Position numbers and translations under genes: made by a program | In this document: positions 8,493 through 18,002 of the stretch, piece by piece | Layout: every line of letters starts with the position of its first letter | How positions within the stretch are numbered: position 1 is the first letter of the stretch | The notes under the pieces: model-generated | Seen by the model: only the letters and a program-made list of their open reading frames with translations | Told to the model about the DNA's origin: nothing | Databases searched by the model: none | Assembly: GCA_045805065.1 (NCBI GenBank) | Contig: JBJMMA010000005.1 | Span: 1 to 25,931 of the forward strand | Reading direction: 5' to 3' | From: Bdellovibrionia bacterium | GTDB taxonomy: Bacteria > Bdellovibrionota > UBA1018 | Length of the DNA: 25,931 bases

Positions 8493-10586
8493 TTAAGCAT
8501 TGCTTTGAAGCAATCCTTCACGTCGAAGGAGCGCGTCTGCATCTGGCTCACGACCACGGAACTTCTTGTAAAGCTCCATCGGATGCTCCGTCCCACCTCG
8601 AGAAAGAATATGATTCTTGAATCGATCCGAGACTTCTCGTGAGAAGATGCCCTTTTCCTTGAAGAACTCAAACGCATCCGCATCCAGGACTTCTGCCCAC
8701 TTATAGCTATAGTATCCTGCCGAATAGCCTCCCGCAAAAATATGACTAAATCCACAGGAAATAATGGTGCCCGTTACATGTGGAAACAAGCTTGTCGGCT
8801 TGAGCGCTTCCGTCTCGTACGCCTCCACATCCTTCACATCAGTCAGATCCTTAGCATGCCACGCCATATCAAGGAACGCGAAATTGAGCTGTCGAAGCGA
8901 GAACCAGCCTGCCTGAAACTTGGATGCGTCCTGGATCTTTTTCACCAGATCCGCAGGGATCAACTCGCCTGTCTCATAATGGCGGGCGAACAAGTCGAGG
9001 CTTTCCTTTTCTTTGACCCAGTTTTCCATGATCTGGGAAGGAAGCTCGACAAAGTCCCAGTACACATTGGTTCCAGAGAGCGAGCGATACCGGCATTGCG
9101 AGAGCATGCCATGCAGACTGTGCCCGAACTCATGAAATAGGGTTCGCACTTCGTCCAAGGTCAGAAGTGATGGCTTCTTATCCGTTGGCTTGGTGAAATT
9201 ACAGACGATGCTGATATGCGGGCGATCGAGCGGGCCTTGAGGGCCGCCTTGATCCTTCAAGCCCGACATCCAGGCGCCGCCTTGCTTGCTTTCGCGAGGA
9301 AAGAAATCAGCGTAGAACAATCCTACGTAATCTCCACTTTTCTCATCACTCACCTCAAACACCTGAACATCCGGATGATAGGCGGGGATATCGGTACGAC
9401 GCTTGAACTGAAGCCCGTAAAGCCGTCGGGCATGCTCAAAAACGCCTGCAACGACGTTCTCAAGCTTGAAGAAAGGCCTGAGCTGCTCTTCATCAAAATC
9501 ATATTTTTTCTGCTGAAGCTTTTCTGAGTAAAACGAGACGTCCCAGGGCTTGAGCTCATCGATTTCGTTTTCATCAGTGCTTCTGGCCGCGCTTCTGGCA
9601 GTGCTTTGGGCAAAAGCCTTCAGCTCCGCCAGATCCTTCTCAGCCGCAGGTTTTGAAACCTCAAGAAGCCGGTTCAAAAATTTGCGGACAGAGTCAGGAC
9701 TTGAGGCCATGCGCTCTTCCAGCACGAAATCAGCGTGCGTTGAATAGCCCAGAAGCGCCGCGCGAGCATGACGATAACGCGTGATTTCTTGGATCAGAGG
9801 ACGGTTATCGCATTCGCCTGAAACCGCGCGAGTCTGATAGGCACGCCAGAGTTTTTCCCTGAGCTCGCGACGGGTGCTGAACTGCATGAACGGACCAAAG
9901 CTTGGGAACTGAAGCGTGACAAGCCAGGCACCCTCACGGCCTTTTTCCTTGGCAGCCATTGCCAAAGCCTCGACCGCGGACTCAGGAAGTCCTGCGAGCT
10001 GCTCGCGATCCGTGATCCAGAGCTCGAATGCGTTCGTTGCCTTCAGCACATTGTCTGAGTACTGCTGCCCGAGGACTGAGAGCTTTTGATCGATTTCGCG
10101 AAGCTTCTTTTTCTGCTCTTCATTCAAGAGCGCGCCGTTGCGGACGAAAGCGCGATAAGTCTTTTCCAAAAGCTTGCTCTGCTCGCCATCAAGCTTGAGC
10201 GATCCTCTCTTTTCCCAGATCTTCTTCACCCTGGCAAAAAGCCCGGCATCCAGAAAGATATCGTTTGAGAAGTCAGCAAGCTTTGGCATGACTTCTTTGG
10301 CAAGCTTTTGCAGGGTCTCATTCGTATGAGCATGCAGAAGATTGGAGAAAATGCTTGAGACCTGATCCAGCTTCTCACTGCAGGTCTCCAACGCCTCAAT
10401 CGTGTTTTCAAAACTAGGATCCCCTTGCGCGCTGATCAGCTGCGAGAGATTTGCCTTTGCCTCTTTGAGTGCCACATCAAAGGCAGGCGCGAAATCCTCA
10501 CTCCGGATTTTATCAAAGGGGATCGCCTCATGATCAAGGGTGGACTTTTGAAGCAAAACATTTTGAATCGATTGGGTTTGGGTCAT
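8493..10586 (-). CDS. M3 family metallopeptidase (peptidyl-dipeptidase Dcp / oligopeptidase A type)
   Basis: HEFGH zinc motif, KQGGAWM, WDFVELPSQIMENW, FSHIFAGGYSAGYYSYKWAEVLDAD. Confidence 0.96.
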   Translation of the reverse strand: MTQTQSIQNVLLQKSTLDHEAIPFDKIRSEDFAPAFDVALKEAKANLSQLISAQGDPSFENTIEALETCSEKLDQVSSIFSNLLHAHTNETLQKLAKEVMPKLADFSNDIFLDAGLFARVKKIWEKRGSLKLDGEQSKLLEKTYRAFVRNGALLNEEQKKKLREIDQKLSVLGQQYSDNVLKATNAFELWITDREQLAGLPESAVEALAMAAKEKGREGAWLVTLQFPSFGPFMQFSTRRELREKLWRAYQTRAVSGECDNRPLIQEITRYRHARAALLGYSTHADFVLEERMASSPDSVRKFLNRLLEVSKPAAEKDLAELKAFAQSTARSAARSTDENEIDELKPWDVSFYSEKLQQKKYDFDEEQLRPFFKLENVVAGVFEHARRLYGLQFKRRTDIPAYHPDVQVFEVSDEKSGDYVGLFYADFFPRESKQGGAWMSGLKDQGGPQGPLDRPHISIVCNFTKPTDKKPSLLTLDEVRTLFHEFGHSLHGMLSQCRYRSLSGTNVYWDFVELPSQIMENWVKEKESLDLFARHYETGELIPADLVKKIQDASKFQAGWFSLRQLNFAFLDMAWHAKDLTDVKDVEAYETEALKPTSLFPHVTGTIISCGFSHIFAGGYSAGYYSYKWAEVLDADAFEFFKEKGIFSREVSDRFKNHILSRGGTEHPMELYKKFRGREPDADALLRREGLLQSNA

Positions 10587-10594
10587 AGAATAAT

Positions 10595-10624
10595 AAGATA
10601 CAGTTTTGATTCGGCGCGTTTCAA
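10595..10624 (-). promoter_or_regulatory. Candidate sigma70 promoter of the M3 peptidase gene
   Basis: Minus strand TTGAAA-N18-TATCTT, 8 nt upstream of the ATG at 10586. No Shine-Dalgarno in between. Confidence 0.4.
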
Positions 10625-10676
10625 ATGGTTTGGAACTATTGCCGGCCGCACCCTTTCAGGATATGAACTGCCCCTC

Positions 10677-11591
10677 ATGACGACTTCAAACTCACATACC
10701 GCGTTCCCTTGGGCAGGATTTGCCGAACTCTCTGAAGATGGAAATACCGTTAAGCTTCGCCGCTTTAACGGCCAATTCCCAGTGCCGGCCTATGCCACGG
10801 CGCAATGGTGTGAGGAGAACCAAGGACGCCTGAAAAAAGGGGCGGTTGTGGATGTGGAAACAACGGGCCTGGATCGCAGAAACGACCTGGTGATCGAACT
10901 CGGTCTACGACGCTTTGAGTACGATCCCGCTTCAGGCGATGTGGTCAGGATCGGCGAAAGTTTGACGGGCCTTCAGGATCCGGGGCGCCCCCTCAGTCCT
11001 GAGATTACCCGGCTGACTGGCCTGACTGATCAAGACCTGAAGGGTCAGTCCATTGATTGGAACAGAGTGAATGAGCTATTGGCGGACGTGGATGTCATCG
11101 TTGCCCATAATGCCTCGTTTGATCGCCCGTTCTTTGATCGCTTCGCTGAGAAATCAAGAAACAAACTCTGGGCTTGCTCATTCAAGCAAGTCGGCTGGGA
11201 TGAGAAAGGATTCGCAAGCTCCAAGCTCGAGCTTTTGTGCCTGTTCCATGGGTATTTCACGGCGGCCCACCGTGCGCTCAATGACGTGGATGCGCTTTTG
11301 TGCCTGCTCTCGTTCCAGTGCAAGCAGAGTGGAAAATCTTACTTTCATGAGCTTTTGCGGAAAGCCGATCAGCCCTATGTCAAAGTGGTTGCGGCCAGCT
11401 CTCCGTTCGAATCCAAGGACCTGCTCAAGGCGCGCGGTTATCGTTGGGATCCGCAGGCCCGTGTCTGGCAGCGCCTGATTGTCAGCGCACAACTGGCTGA
11501 CGAAGTCAGTTGGCTGGAATCCTCAGTGTACCGCGGTATATTCCGTGGTCTCACCGAAGAGATTCCAGCCCTCGACAATTTTAAAGAATGA
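10677..11591 (+). CDS. DEDDh 3'-5' exonuclease (DnaQ/Pol III epsilon-like)
   Basis: ExoI VDVETTGLD, ExoII AHNASFD, ExoIII AHRALND, and C-terminal PFESKDLLKARGYRW. Start moved to ATG 10677 because the track start at 10425 overlaps the M3 gene. Confidence 0.9.
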   Translation: MTTSNSHTAFPWAGFAELSEDGNTVKLRRFNGQFPVPAYATAQWCEENQGRLKKGAVVDVETTGLDRRNDLVIELGLRRFEYDPASGDVVRIGESLTGLQDPGRPLSPEITRLTGLTDQDLKGQSIDWNRVNELLADVDVIVAHNASFDRPFFDRFAEKSRNKLWACSFKQVGWDEKGFASSKLELLCLFHGYFTAAHRALNDVDALLCLLSFQCKQSGKSYFHELLRKADQPYVKVVAASSPFESKDLLKARGYRWDPQARVWQRLIVSAQLADEVSWLESSVYRGIFRGLTEEIPALDNFKE

Positions 11592-11595
11592 CTTC

Positions 11596-12240
11596 TTACT
11601 GATTCTGATCGCTTTGGTACTGACCGGTCTGAGAATGATCAGATTGTGCTTGGCCGGCCTCGCCCATCTGACCAGGCTGTGACTGGCTCGATTGAGATTG
11701 ATCAGACATGCCCTGACCTGAGGTACCTGCCTGGGATTGATCAACACCCAGAGAGCCATCGAAGCGGTCCAGCATCGAGCGGGAAACGCCGTCAACGTTC
11801 GAAAGATCATTCACGCTATGGAATGGGCCGTTGCGATCGCGATACTGAACGATGCTTTGGGAGACATCGCTTGGGAAGCCGATAGCGGTAAACTGCTTGG
11901 CGTCCATTCGATTGATGTCGGCGCGAATCGTTGATTCCTTCACCGTTGGAATCTTTTCCTTCACGATCACAGTGCTCACGACCTTCTTCTGCCGCTGAAT
12001 CTGGGCAGTGCCGGCGCTCACGTTCTGCTCACCGAGCATCTGCTGATTTTGCTGTTGCTGGGCCTGACTTGACTGGCCTTGAGTCGAAGCAGAACTTGAA
12101 GCCTGCTGACCCTGCTTGCTCTGTCCGGCCTGCTGCTGATCGCCGCTCTTTTCCTGCGACTTGTTATGAGAACAAGCTGCCATCGTCAAAGCGACAGCAA
12201 GTACTGGAACCAATCCCGCGATTGACACGCGTCTTTTCAT
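11596..12240 (-). CDS. ComEA-like helix-hairpin-helix DNA-binding lipoprotein with Gln/Ser-rich disordered arms
   Basis: GGAGG Shine-Dalgarno 5 nt before ATG 12240 (MKRRVS...), lipobox MAA-C, and HhH domain DINR....F..IG......SIVQYRDRNGPFHSVNDLSNVDGVS. Confidence 0.85.
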   Translation of the reverse strand: MKRRVSIAGLVPVLAVALTMAACSHNKSQEKSGDQQQAGQSKQGQQASSSASTQGQSSQAQQQQNQQMLGEQNVSAGTAQIQRQKKVVSTVIVKEKIPTVKESTIRADINRMDAKQFTAIGFPSDVSQSIVQYRDRNGPFHSVNDLSNVDGVSRSMLDRFDGSLGVDQSQAGTSGQGMSDQSQSSQSQPGQMGEAGQAQSDHSQTGQYQSDQNQ

Positions 12241-12308
12241 TTCAACCTCCATCGTCGGTTTAAAATACAGATTCTCTTTTAGACGGATGATCCAAGAAGC
12301 AAGCCAAG

Positions 12309-12482
12309 TTAGCGGCGATCTTGAGGATTGACCCGCGGCGCAGGAACTTTGTACGGAACCGGCTCGGGACTTTTGGGAGGAGGATTTGGATTACAGCCTT
12401 GGAGACCCGCTCCTGCAGCCAATAACATCAAGCCAAGTCGCAGAGTCAAAATCAGGCATTTTTTGGGGAATACTTCCTGCAT
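12309..12482 (-). CDS. Putative small Pro-rich lipoprotein (57 aa, below the ORF track cutoff)
   Basis: Manual translation MQEVFPKKCLILTLRLGLMLLAAGAGLQGCNPNPPPKSPEPVPYKVPAPRVNPQDRR*. Basic n-region, hydrophobic h-region and LQG-C lipobox-like motif. It fills the intergenic gap. The start codon is uncertain. Confidence 0.55.
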   Translation of the reverse strand: MQEVFPKKCLILTLRLGLMLLAAGAGLQGCNPNPPPKSPEPVPYKVPAPRVNPQDRR

Positions 12483-12509
12483 TGCAGCTATCCAGAAATT
12501 TCATATTTC

Positions 12510-13904
12510 ATGCCTAAGCTTCAAGCCGCCGAGAGAGAATTCCGTCGCAGATTTTGGTGGGCCATCTCGATTCCATTAGTTTTGATGGCCATCCTGGCAA
12601 CCTTCTTTGCCTTCGAAACGAGCCGCTTGAATAACGCCATGCAAGCCATGTCGCGTTCTAATACTGTTCTCATTCATACTGCAAGACTTCGAAGAGCCAT
12701 CATCGACACGGAAACTGATGCGCAACAATTCCTGCGTGCGCAAAACCCGTCTCGGCTGAAATCCTATGAGGATAACCAGGCCCGCTTACCGGACATCGTG
12801 CGAGATCTACAGCAAGCGCAGGGTATCACCGAACAACAGCGCCTGAAAATCGCTCAAGCCTATGACAATTGGCGGATGCAAACAAATCTGACCGTTCGTT
12901 CTCCCCAACTCCAGGCGCAACGCGCGTCAGTCGATCGTGATAGTTGGGACGCGCTCCTGCGCTCACTCGATGATGTCCTTCAGGTCCAGATTGCGGAGCG
13001 CGCCCTGAACGCTGCCGCGGCACAAAACCTCGTGCATCGAGGCGCCCTCTTTGGCATTGGTCTGGTTCTGATCATAGGGATTTTGTTATCGCTTTTCACC
13101 CGGCGTCAGCTTCAGGAAATCGCACTTCGGTATAGAACCGCGATTCTGGACGCCACCGACAAAGCTCAAGCCGCGCATCAGGCACTGGTCTCCAGAGATG
13201 ACTTCTTCTCAATCGCATCTCATGAGCTCAAAACGCCGATCACAACCATGGAGCTTCGGCTTCACACGCTTCAATCGGCTCTGGATCGTGCGGCACTCTC
13301 GCCAAGCTCGCGAGGTGCCGTCAATTCTGCCATGCGAAGTCTCAAGCGACAAAATCATCGACTCTCAGAGCTGGTGGAGAACATCCTGGACGTAACGCAG
13401 ATCAACTCAGGCCAGATGCACTTGAATCGGAGTCAGGCTCCCGTGGCAGTGGAGAGCCTGATCCAGAGAAGCATTCAAGCCACACGAGAGATTCTCGAGC
13501 AATCCAACTGCAGAATTGATCTTCAATTGGAAGCCGCTACGGCAAGAAACTGGGATGGTGAGAGGATCATCCAGGCACTCAAGGCTCTGATCAGCAATTC
13601 GGCCAAATACGCTCCGAACTCAACAATTGAGATCAAAAGCGAACTTAACCAGGATCAGATCAGAATCGCCGTCACGGATCACGGTCTGGGAATCGCTTCC
13701 AAGGATCATCCCAGGATCTTTCGCTTGTTTGAGCGCGGAGTCTCAAGCCGGCATTACGGCGGCCTTGGAACAGGTCTCTACATTACTCGCGAGATCATAG
13801 AGGCACACCAGGGCTCTATTCGCGTCATCAGCCGCGAAGGCGCGGGCGCAACCGTCATCATCGACCTTCCGTTGTCTGCGGAAACGAAACGTGAGGCTGC
13901 GTAG
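12510..13904 (+). CDS. Membrane sensor histidine kinase with CHASE3-like periplasmic domain
   Basis: Two TM helices flank a helical domain with IIDTET....FL. H-box ASHELKTP, LISNSAKY, DHGLGI, GGLGTGL. Confidence 0.92.
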   Translation: MPKLQAAEREFRRRFWWAISIPLVLMAILATFFAFETSRLNNAMQAMSRSNTVLIHTARLRRAIIDTETDAQQFLRAQNPSRLKSYEDNQARLPDIVRDLQQAQGITEQQRLKIAQAYDNWRMQTNLTVRSPQLQAQRASVDRDSWDALLRSLDDVLQVQIAERALNAAAAQNLVHRGALFGIGLVLIIGILLSLFTRRQLQEIALRYRTAILDATDKAQAAHQALVSRDDFFSIASHELKTPITTMELRLHTLQSALDRAALSPSSRGAVNSAMRSLKRQNHRLSELVENILDVTQINSGQMHLNRSQAPVAVESLIQRSIQATREILEQSNCRIDLQLEAATARNWDGERIIQALKALISNSAKYAPNSTIEIKSELNQDQIRIAVTDHGLGIASKDHPRIFRLFERGVSSRHYGGLGTGLYITREIIEAHQGSIRVISREGAGATVIIDLPLSAETKREAA

Positions 13905-15555
13905 AAAAAGCCTGCTTTTTGGGAACTTCGAGCACAAACCGGGTGTGGGGCCAGTTCTCATCAACATAAAGACTTCCATGATGAGATTCAATGATCCCTT
14001 TTGAGATGCTGAGTCCCAGCCCTGTTCCCTTGCCGACTTCCTTGGTCGTAAAAAATGGCTCAAGGATCCGGCCCCGGATTTCTGAGGCGATCCCGCTTCC
14101 GCTATCCACGACGAAAATGCGAACGACATCTCCCAGATCCTCAACCGAGAGCTCAATCCAGCGATCTGAAAGTTTCTCGACTGCATCGTGAGCGTTATTG
14201 AGAAGATTGAGCAAGACTTGTCCGATCTGAACAGCCCGGCACTCGATCATGAGAGTCTCAGGAATCGGATTGACTCGAAGATCGATCGCATGACTTAAAA
14301 AACGCTGCCGGCAGAACTCAAGCGTATCGCTGACGATCTCGTGCACGGAGGCTTCCTCATAGGGGTCTTCCTGCCCGTCGCGCGCAAAAAAGCGCAAAGA
14401 GCGGATGATCTTTGAGATTCGGAGCGCCGTCTGATCCACTTTCTCGGCAAGCTCTGCCATGTTCTCTTTTTCAAAGTCTCCAGCATCAACCATGTCTTTG
14501 AGCTGCTGGACGTGACAGGAGATGATAGCCAGAGGATTATTGATCTCATGCGCGATGCCTGCGGCCATCTCGCCCAATGAGGCCATCTTGCTTGCGCCTG
14601 CCGCACGGATCTGCTGCTCGAGAATCGTCTTCTCAGCGCGCACGCGCTCAGTCACATCCTGAACGACCATCAACGCGTCGTTGGCGCCGGTACCTGCGAT
14701 CCGGGTGTCGTAATAGCGCGTGGCACCGTCCTTCTCGAACTCAAACGAGAACATATGCATATCACCGCATATGATGGCCGCAATCACGCGATCAAAGAGA
14801 CGCGCCGCAATTGCGGGAGGAAGAACCTCAGCGAGTTTTCTTCCAATCAGCTTTTCCGGAATCAAAAACAGATCTTTTGGATCCTGGCAATGAAAGTCCA
14901 GAAAGCGACCCTCATCGCTCACGCGAAAGATCATGTCAGGAATTGCAGAAAGCAGAGCGCGGCTCGTGCGCACGCTCTCGCGCAGCTCGCTGAGCGTCAG
15001 ATTGATTCGTGCCTGCGTTTTCTGAGTAGTCAGCGCCAGGTAATGAGCACCCACCAGGAGGAAAATAAATCGGAATGGAAGAAGAACCCAATAGAGAATC
15101 TCCACCAGCCGTGGCGCATTTCCCACCAGGGGCAGCATCCACTTTTTTCCGAAGACCTCAAGGCTCATGTAAAAGACGATGGGAACGGTGACGCACGTGC
15201 TGACCATCAGTCGATTCTTTGTGGGAATGAAAAGGAGCGGGAGCGCCGCTAGTGAAAGGTAGAAGTGATAAAAGCCCGTATCGCTTCCCGCCCAGCGACA
15301 GAATAGAAAAAGCGCGATATCCGCCAGGACAAGAATCAGCGCACGCAGAGCCAGATGAAGCGGGTGTTTTCTCACTAAAGTGCAGGTTGCCGCCATCTGC
15401 ATCAGGGCAATCAGAATCAACAGACTTCCCAAACCAGGAAAGTGGGCCTGAAACGTTCCTACAGCATAGGCAATCGACAAAAGCGCCATGACCGTCCCGA
15501 CTGTAAAGTCGAGCGCTGCGCGGCGATCCCCCTGTAATACGTCTGACGTGGCCAT
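13858..15555 (-). CDS. Multi-pass membrane PAS sensor histidine kinase
   Basis: About 6 hydrophobic N-terminal segments, PAS ([12 protein letters not shown]...GRFLDF), H-box [34 protein letters not shown]. Confidence 0.93.
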   Translation of the reverse strand: MATSDVLQGDRRAALDFTVGTVMALLSIAYAVGTFQAHFPGLGSLLILIALMQMAATCTLVRKHPLHLALRALILVLADIALFLFCRWAGSDTGFYHFYLSLAALPLLFIPTKNRLMVSTCVTVPIVFYMSLEVFGKKWMLPLVGNAPRLVEILYWVLLPFRFIFLLVGAHYLALTTQKTQARINLTLSELRESVRTSRALLSAIPDMIFRVSDEGRFLDFHCQDPKDLFLIPEKLIGRKLAEVLPPAIAARLFDRVIAAIICGDMHMFSFEFEKDGATRYYDTRIAGTGANDALMVVQDVTERVRAEKTILEQQIRAAGASKMASLGEMAAGIAHEINNPLAIISCHVQQLKDMVDAGDFEKENMAELAEKVDQTALRISKIIRSLRFFARDGQEDPYEEASVHEIVSDTLEFCRQRFLSHAIDLRVNPIPETLMIECRAVQIGQVLLNLLNNAHDAVEKLSDRWIELSVEDLGDVVRIFVVDSGSGIASEIRGRILEPFFTTKEVGKGTGLGLSISKGIIESHHGSLYVDENWPHTRFVLEVPKKQAFSTQPHVSFPQTTEGR

Positions 15556-15661
15556 GGTTTTTGTATCTTGCCAGAATTTGGTCAGGTTTGTTAGGGTTCA
15601 ACTCGCGTTGACCATCGTTTCGAAGGCAGCGACAACAGAAAGGTTTACTCAGGTATTCTGA

Positions 15662-16426
15662 ATGTCGGTGAATCAGCCGATCTTCGGGCTCATTGGAGAC
15701 GGACGCCTTGCACGTCATCTAGCCCGCTATTTTCAGCTTCTGGAATTGCCGCTTCGTCGCTGGTCGCGCCAATCGCACCAACAGTCGCACCAACATTTGG
15801 GCGATGACCTTTTCACTTCTCTTCAGGACTGCTCCACTCTTCTTCTTGCCGTCTCAGACCGCGCCATTGAACCGCTGGCAAATGAAATTCGCTCGAGGCC
15901 CGGCTTTGAGAACCGCACACTGATTCATTTCTCTGGGTCGCTCTTTACTGAAAAAGCCTGGGGTTTTCATCCTCTCATGACTTTTCCGGCCCTAGATTCT
16001 ACGGAGACGCTTTATTCGTTGGAGAGATATGAGCAGATCCCATTTCTGATTGATCAGAATGGCCCTTCGTTCTCAGAAGTCTTTCCTCAGCTTAAAAACT
16101 CATCCCAACGACTCGATCCAGAAAAAAAGGCTCTCTATCACGCCTGGTGCGTGATGGGCGGAAACTTCACCGCCTTTCTTTGGACTCAGATGTTTGAAGC
16201 ATTTTCCAAAGACCTTGGAATTGATCCGCATCTGGCCATTCCCTATCTCAAACAAGTCACAGAAAACCTGATCCAGGATCCAAAAGCCGCGCGCGACACC
16301 TGGACTGGCCCGATTGTCCGCAAGGACATCGAAACGATCGAGCGCCATCTTTCGGCGCTCTCTGATCATCCTTACAAAGAGATTTACCGAGCTTTTTTAG
16401 AAGCTCATGGGAGGACCTCATCATGA
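15662..16426 (+). CDS. panG: Rossmann-like/DUF2520 protein, probable PanG-type ketopantoate reductase
   Basis: IGDGRLA nucleotide-binding motif, AVSDRAI, HFSGS, HPLMTF, LYHA..V..GNF and TGPIVR.D. Overlaps panB start (ATGA). Function inferred from family plus operon context. Confidence 0.8.
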   Translation: MSVNQPIFGLIGDGRLARHLARYFQLLELPLRRWSRQSHQQSHQHLGDDLFTSLQDCSTLLLAVSDRAIEPLANEIRSRPGFENRTLIHFSGSLFTEKAWGFHPLMTFPALDSTETLYSLERYEQIPFLIDQNGPSFSEVFPQLKNSSQRLDPEKKALYHAWCVMGGNFTAFLWTQMFEAFSKDLGIDPHLAIPYLKQVTENLIQDPKAARDTWTGPIVRKDIETIERHLSALSDHPYKEIYRAFLEAHGRTSS

Positions 16427-17211
16427 ACATCCTAGACTTCCGCAAAATGAAGACCGAAAAGCGCAAAATCTCCATGGTCACCTGCTATGATCATTGGAGC
16501 GCGAGAATCATTGCTCAAACCGACATCGACTGCATTTTAGTAGGCGACAGCGTTGCCATGGTCGTCCATGGCTACCCATCCACCTTGCATGCCACGGTTG
16601 AGATGATGGAGCTTCACACCCGGGCCGTCGCAAGAGGCGCACCTGATAAATTCATCGTGGCCGACATGCCGTTTCCGACCTTTCGTCGCGGAATTCCTGC
16701 CGCCATGGAGTGTGTCGATCGACTCATGAAAGCCGGCGCTCACGCCATTAAGCTCGAAGGAGTTGAGGGTCACGAGGACGTCGTGAAAAACCTCGTGGGT
16801 TCGGGCGTGCCTGTCATGGGACATCTGGGACTGACCCCGCAATCCATTCACCAGCTCGGTGGTTTTCGAGTCCAGGGGCGCGAGCCTCAAGCGGTCACAA
16901 ACCTCAAGCGTGATGCTCGAGCCCTCCAAGATCTGGGTGCTTTCTCCGTCGTCTTGGAATGCGTTCCTGCGCATGTTGCCACGGAGATCACGCAAGATCT
17001 CTCCATTCCGACGATTGGAATTGGAGCCGGACGCGAGACCGATGGTCAGGTCCTCGTGCTTCAGGATCTTTTGGGAATGAACCCATCTTTCAAACCAAAG
17101 TTTGTTCGCCACTTCTTGAACGGCGAAGAGCAGCTTCGAAATGCGCTCAAGCAATATCATGCGGGCGTCGCTGCAGGCTCGTTTCCTAACTCGCAAGAGA
17201 GCTACACATGA
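16423..17211 (+). CDS. panB: 3-methyl-2-oxobutanoate hydroxymethyltransferase
   Basis: MVTCYD, ILVGDS, VADMPF, KLEG, VMGHLGLTPQ, IPTIGIGAG, DGQVLV. Confidence 0.98.
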   Translation: MNILDFRKMKTEKRKISMVTCYDHWSARIIAQTDIDCILVGDSVAMVVHGYPSTLHATVEMMELHTRAVARGAPDKFIVADMPFPTFRRGIPAAMECVDRLMKAGAHAIKLEGVEGHEDVVKNLVGSGVPVMGHLGLTPQSIHQLGGFRVQGREPQAVTNLKRDARALQDLGAFSVVLECVPAHVATEITQDLSIPTIGIGAGRETDGQVLVLQDLLGMNPSFKPKFVRHFLNGEEQLRNALKQYHAGVAAGSFPNSQESYT

Positions 17212-17993
17212 AGCAGACCCGTATCTTTAAAGATCTTGGCGAGTGGCAGCGCTTTCGCTCGACATCAGAGCTCACAGGACAAACCCTGGGCTTTGTCCCG
17301 ACCATGGGCGCCCTTCATGAGGGGCATGCGTCTCTTGTCAGAAAGAGCGCAAGCGAGAACTCACGCACGCTGGTCAGCATCTTTGTGAACCCGACCCAAT
17401 TCAATGACCCCAAGGATCTTGAAAAGTATCCACGCACCTTTGAGAAGGATCTTGAGATCTTAAGCCAGGCAGGTGCCGATTATCTGATCTATCCGACCTT
17501 TGAGTCGATGTATCAAGATGGATATCGCTATCAAGTCACCGAGAAAGAGTTCTCCAAGGTTCTTTGCGGAGCGCATCGCCCGGGACATTTTGATGGCGTC
17601 CTGACCGTTGTCATGAAGCTCTTGAATCTTGCACAAGCCCGTCGCGCGTATTTTGGCGAAAAAGACTTTCAACAACTGGAGCTGATCCGCGGAATGGCCG
17701 AGGCCTTTTTCATGCCGGTGGAAATCGTGGGCTGCCCGACCTTGCGCGAAAAAGATGGCCTGGCCATGAGTTCTCGCAATCTTCTTCTTGCGCCTTCGGA
17801 TCGGGAAAAAGCTCCGCTTCTTGCGAAAGAGCTCCGAAAGAAAGGCAGCCTGGAGGAGATCCGCACCAGGCTCACTTCTCTGGGTTTCCGTGTGGATTAC
17901 GTGGAAGAGCTCAAGGGCCGCAGATTTGCGGCGGCTTTTCTTGGCTCTGTTCGCTTGATTGATAATGTATCCCTTAAAGAAATTGAAAGGTGA
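17208..17993 (+). CDS. panC: Pantoate--beta-alanine ligase
   Basis: FVPTMGALHEGH, SIFVNPTQF, RPGHFDGV, FGEKDFQQ, DGLAMSSRN, VRLIDN. Confidence 0.98.
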   Translation: MKQTRIFKDLGEWQRFRSTSELTGQTLGFVPTMGALHEGHASLVRKSASENSRTLVSIFVNPTQFNDPKDLEKYPRTFEKDLEILSQAGADYLIYPTFESMYQDGYRYQVTEKEFSKVLCGAHRPGHFDGVLTVVMKLLNLAQARRAYFGEKDFQQLELIRGMAEAFFMPVEIVGCPTLREKDGLAMSSRNLLLAPSDREKAPLLAKELRKKGSLEEIRTRLTSLGFRVDYVEELKGRRFAAAFLGSVRLIDNVSLKEIER

Positions 17994-18002
17994 GATTGAA
18001 AA

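Noticed and set aside
9579..9599. 12-bp-period repeat GCTTCTGGC x2 in the M3 peptidase (STARSAARST)
   Set aside because: In-frame slippage duplication in a probable loop; no sign of phase variation.
10425..10676. Long N-terminal extensions given by the ORF track (also 23021-23314, 23270-23308, 25290-25388, 25680-25715)
   Set aside because: They overlap opposite-strand genes or precede better starts where family similarity begins.
6602..13904. Two convergent gene pairs each overlap by exactly 47 bp (6602-6648 and 13858-13904)
   Set aside because: Overlap lengths are frame-constrained and I see no shared motif beyond kinase C-termini; likely coincidence.
15773..15795. 12-bp-period repeat TCGCACCAACA x2 in the panG-like gene (SHQQSHQH)
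   Set aside because: Two-copy in-frame micro-duplication; no functional signal.
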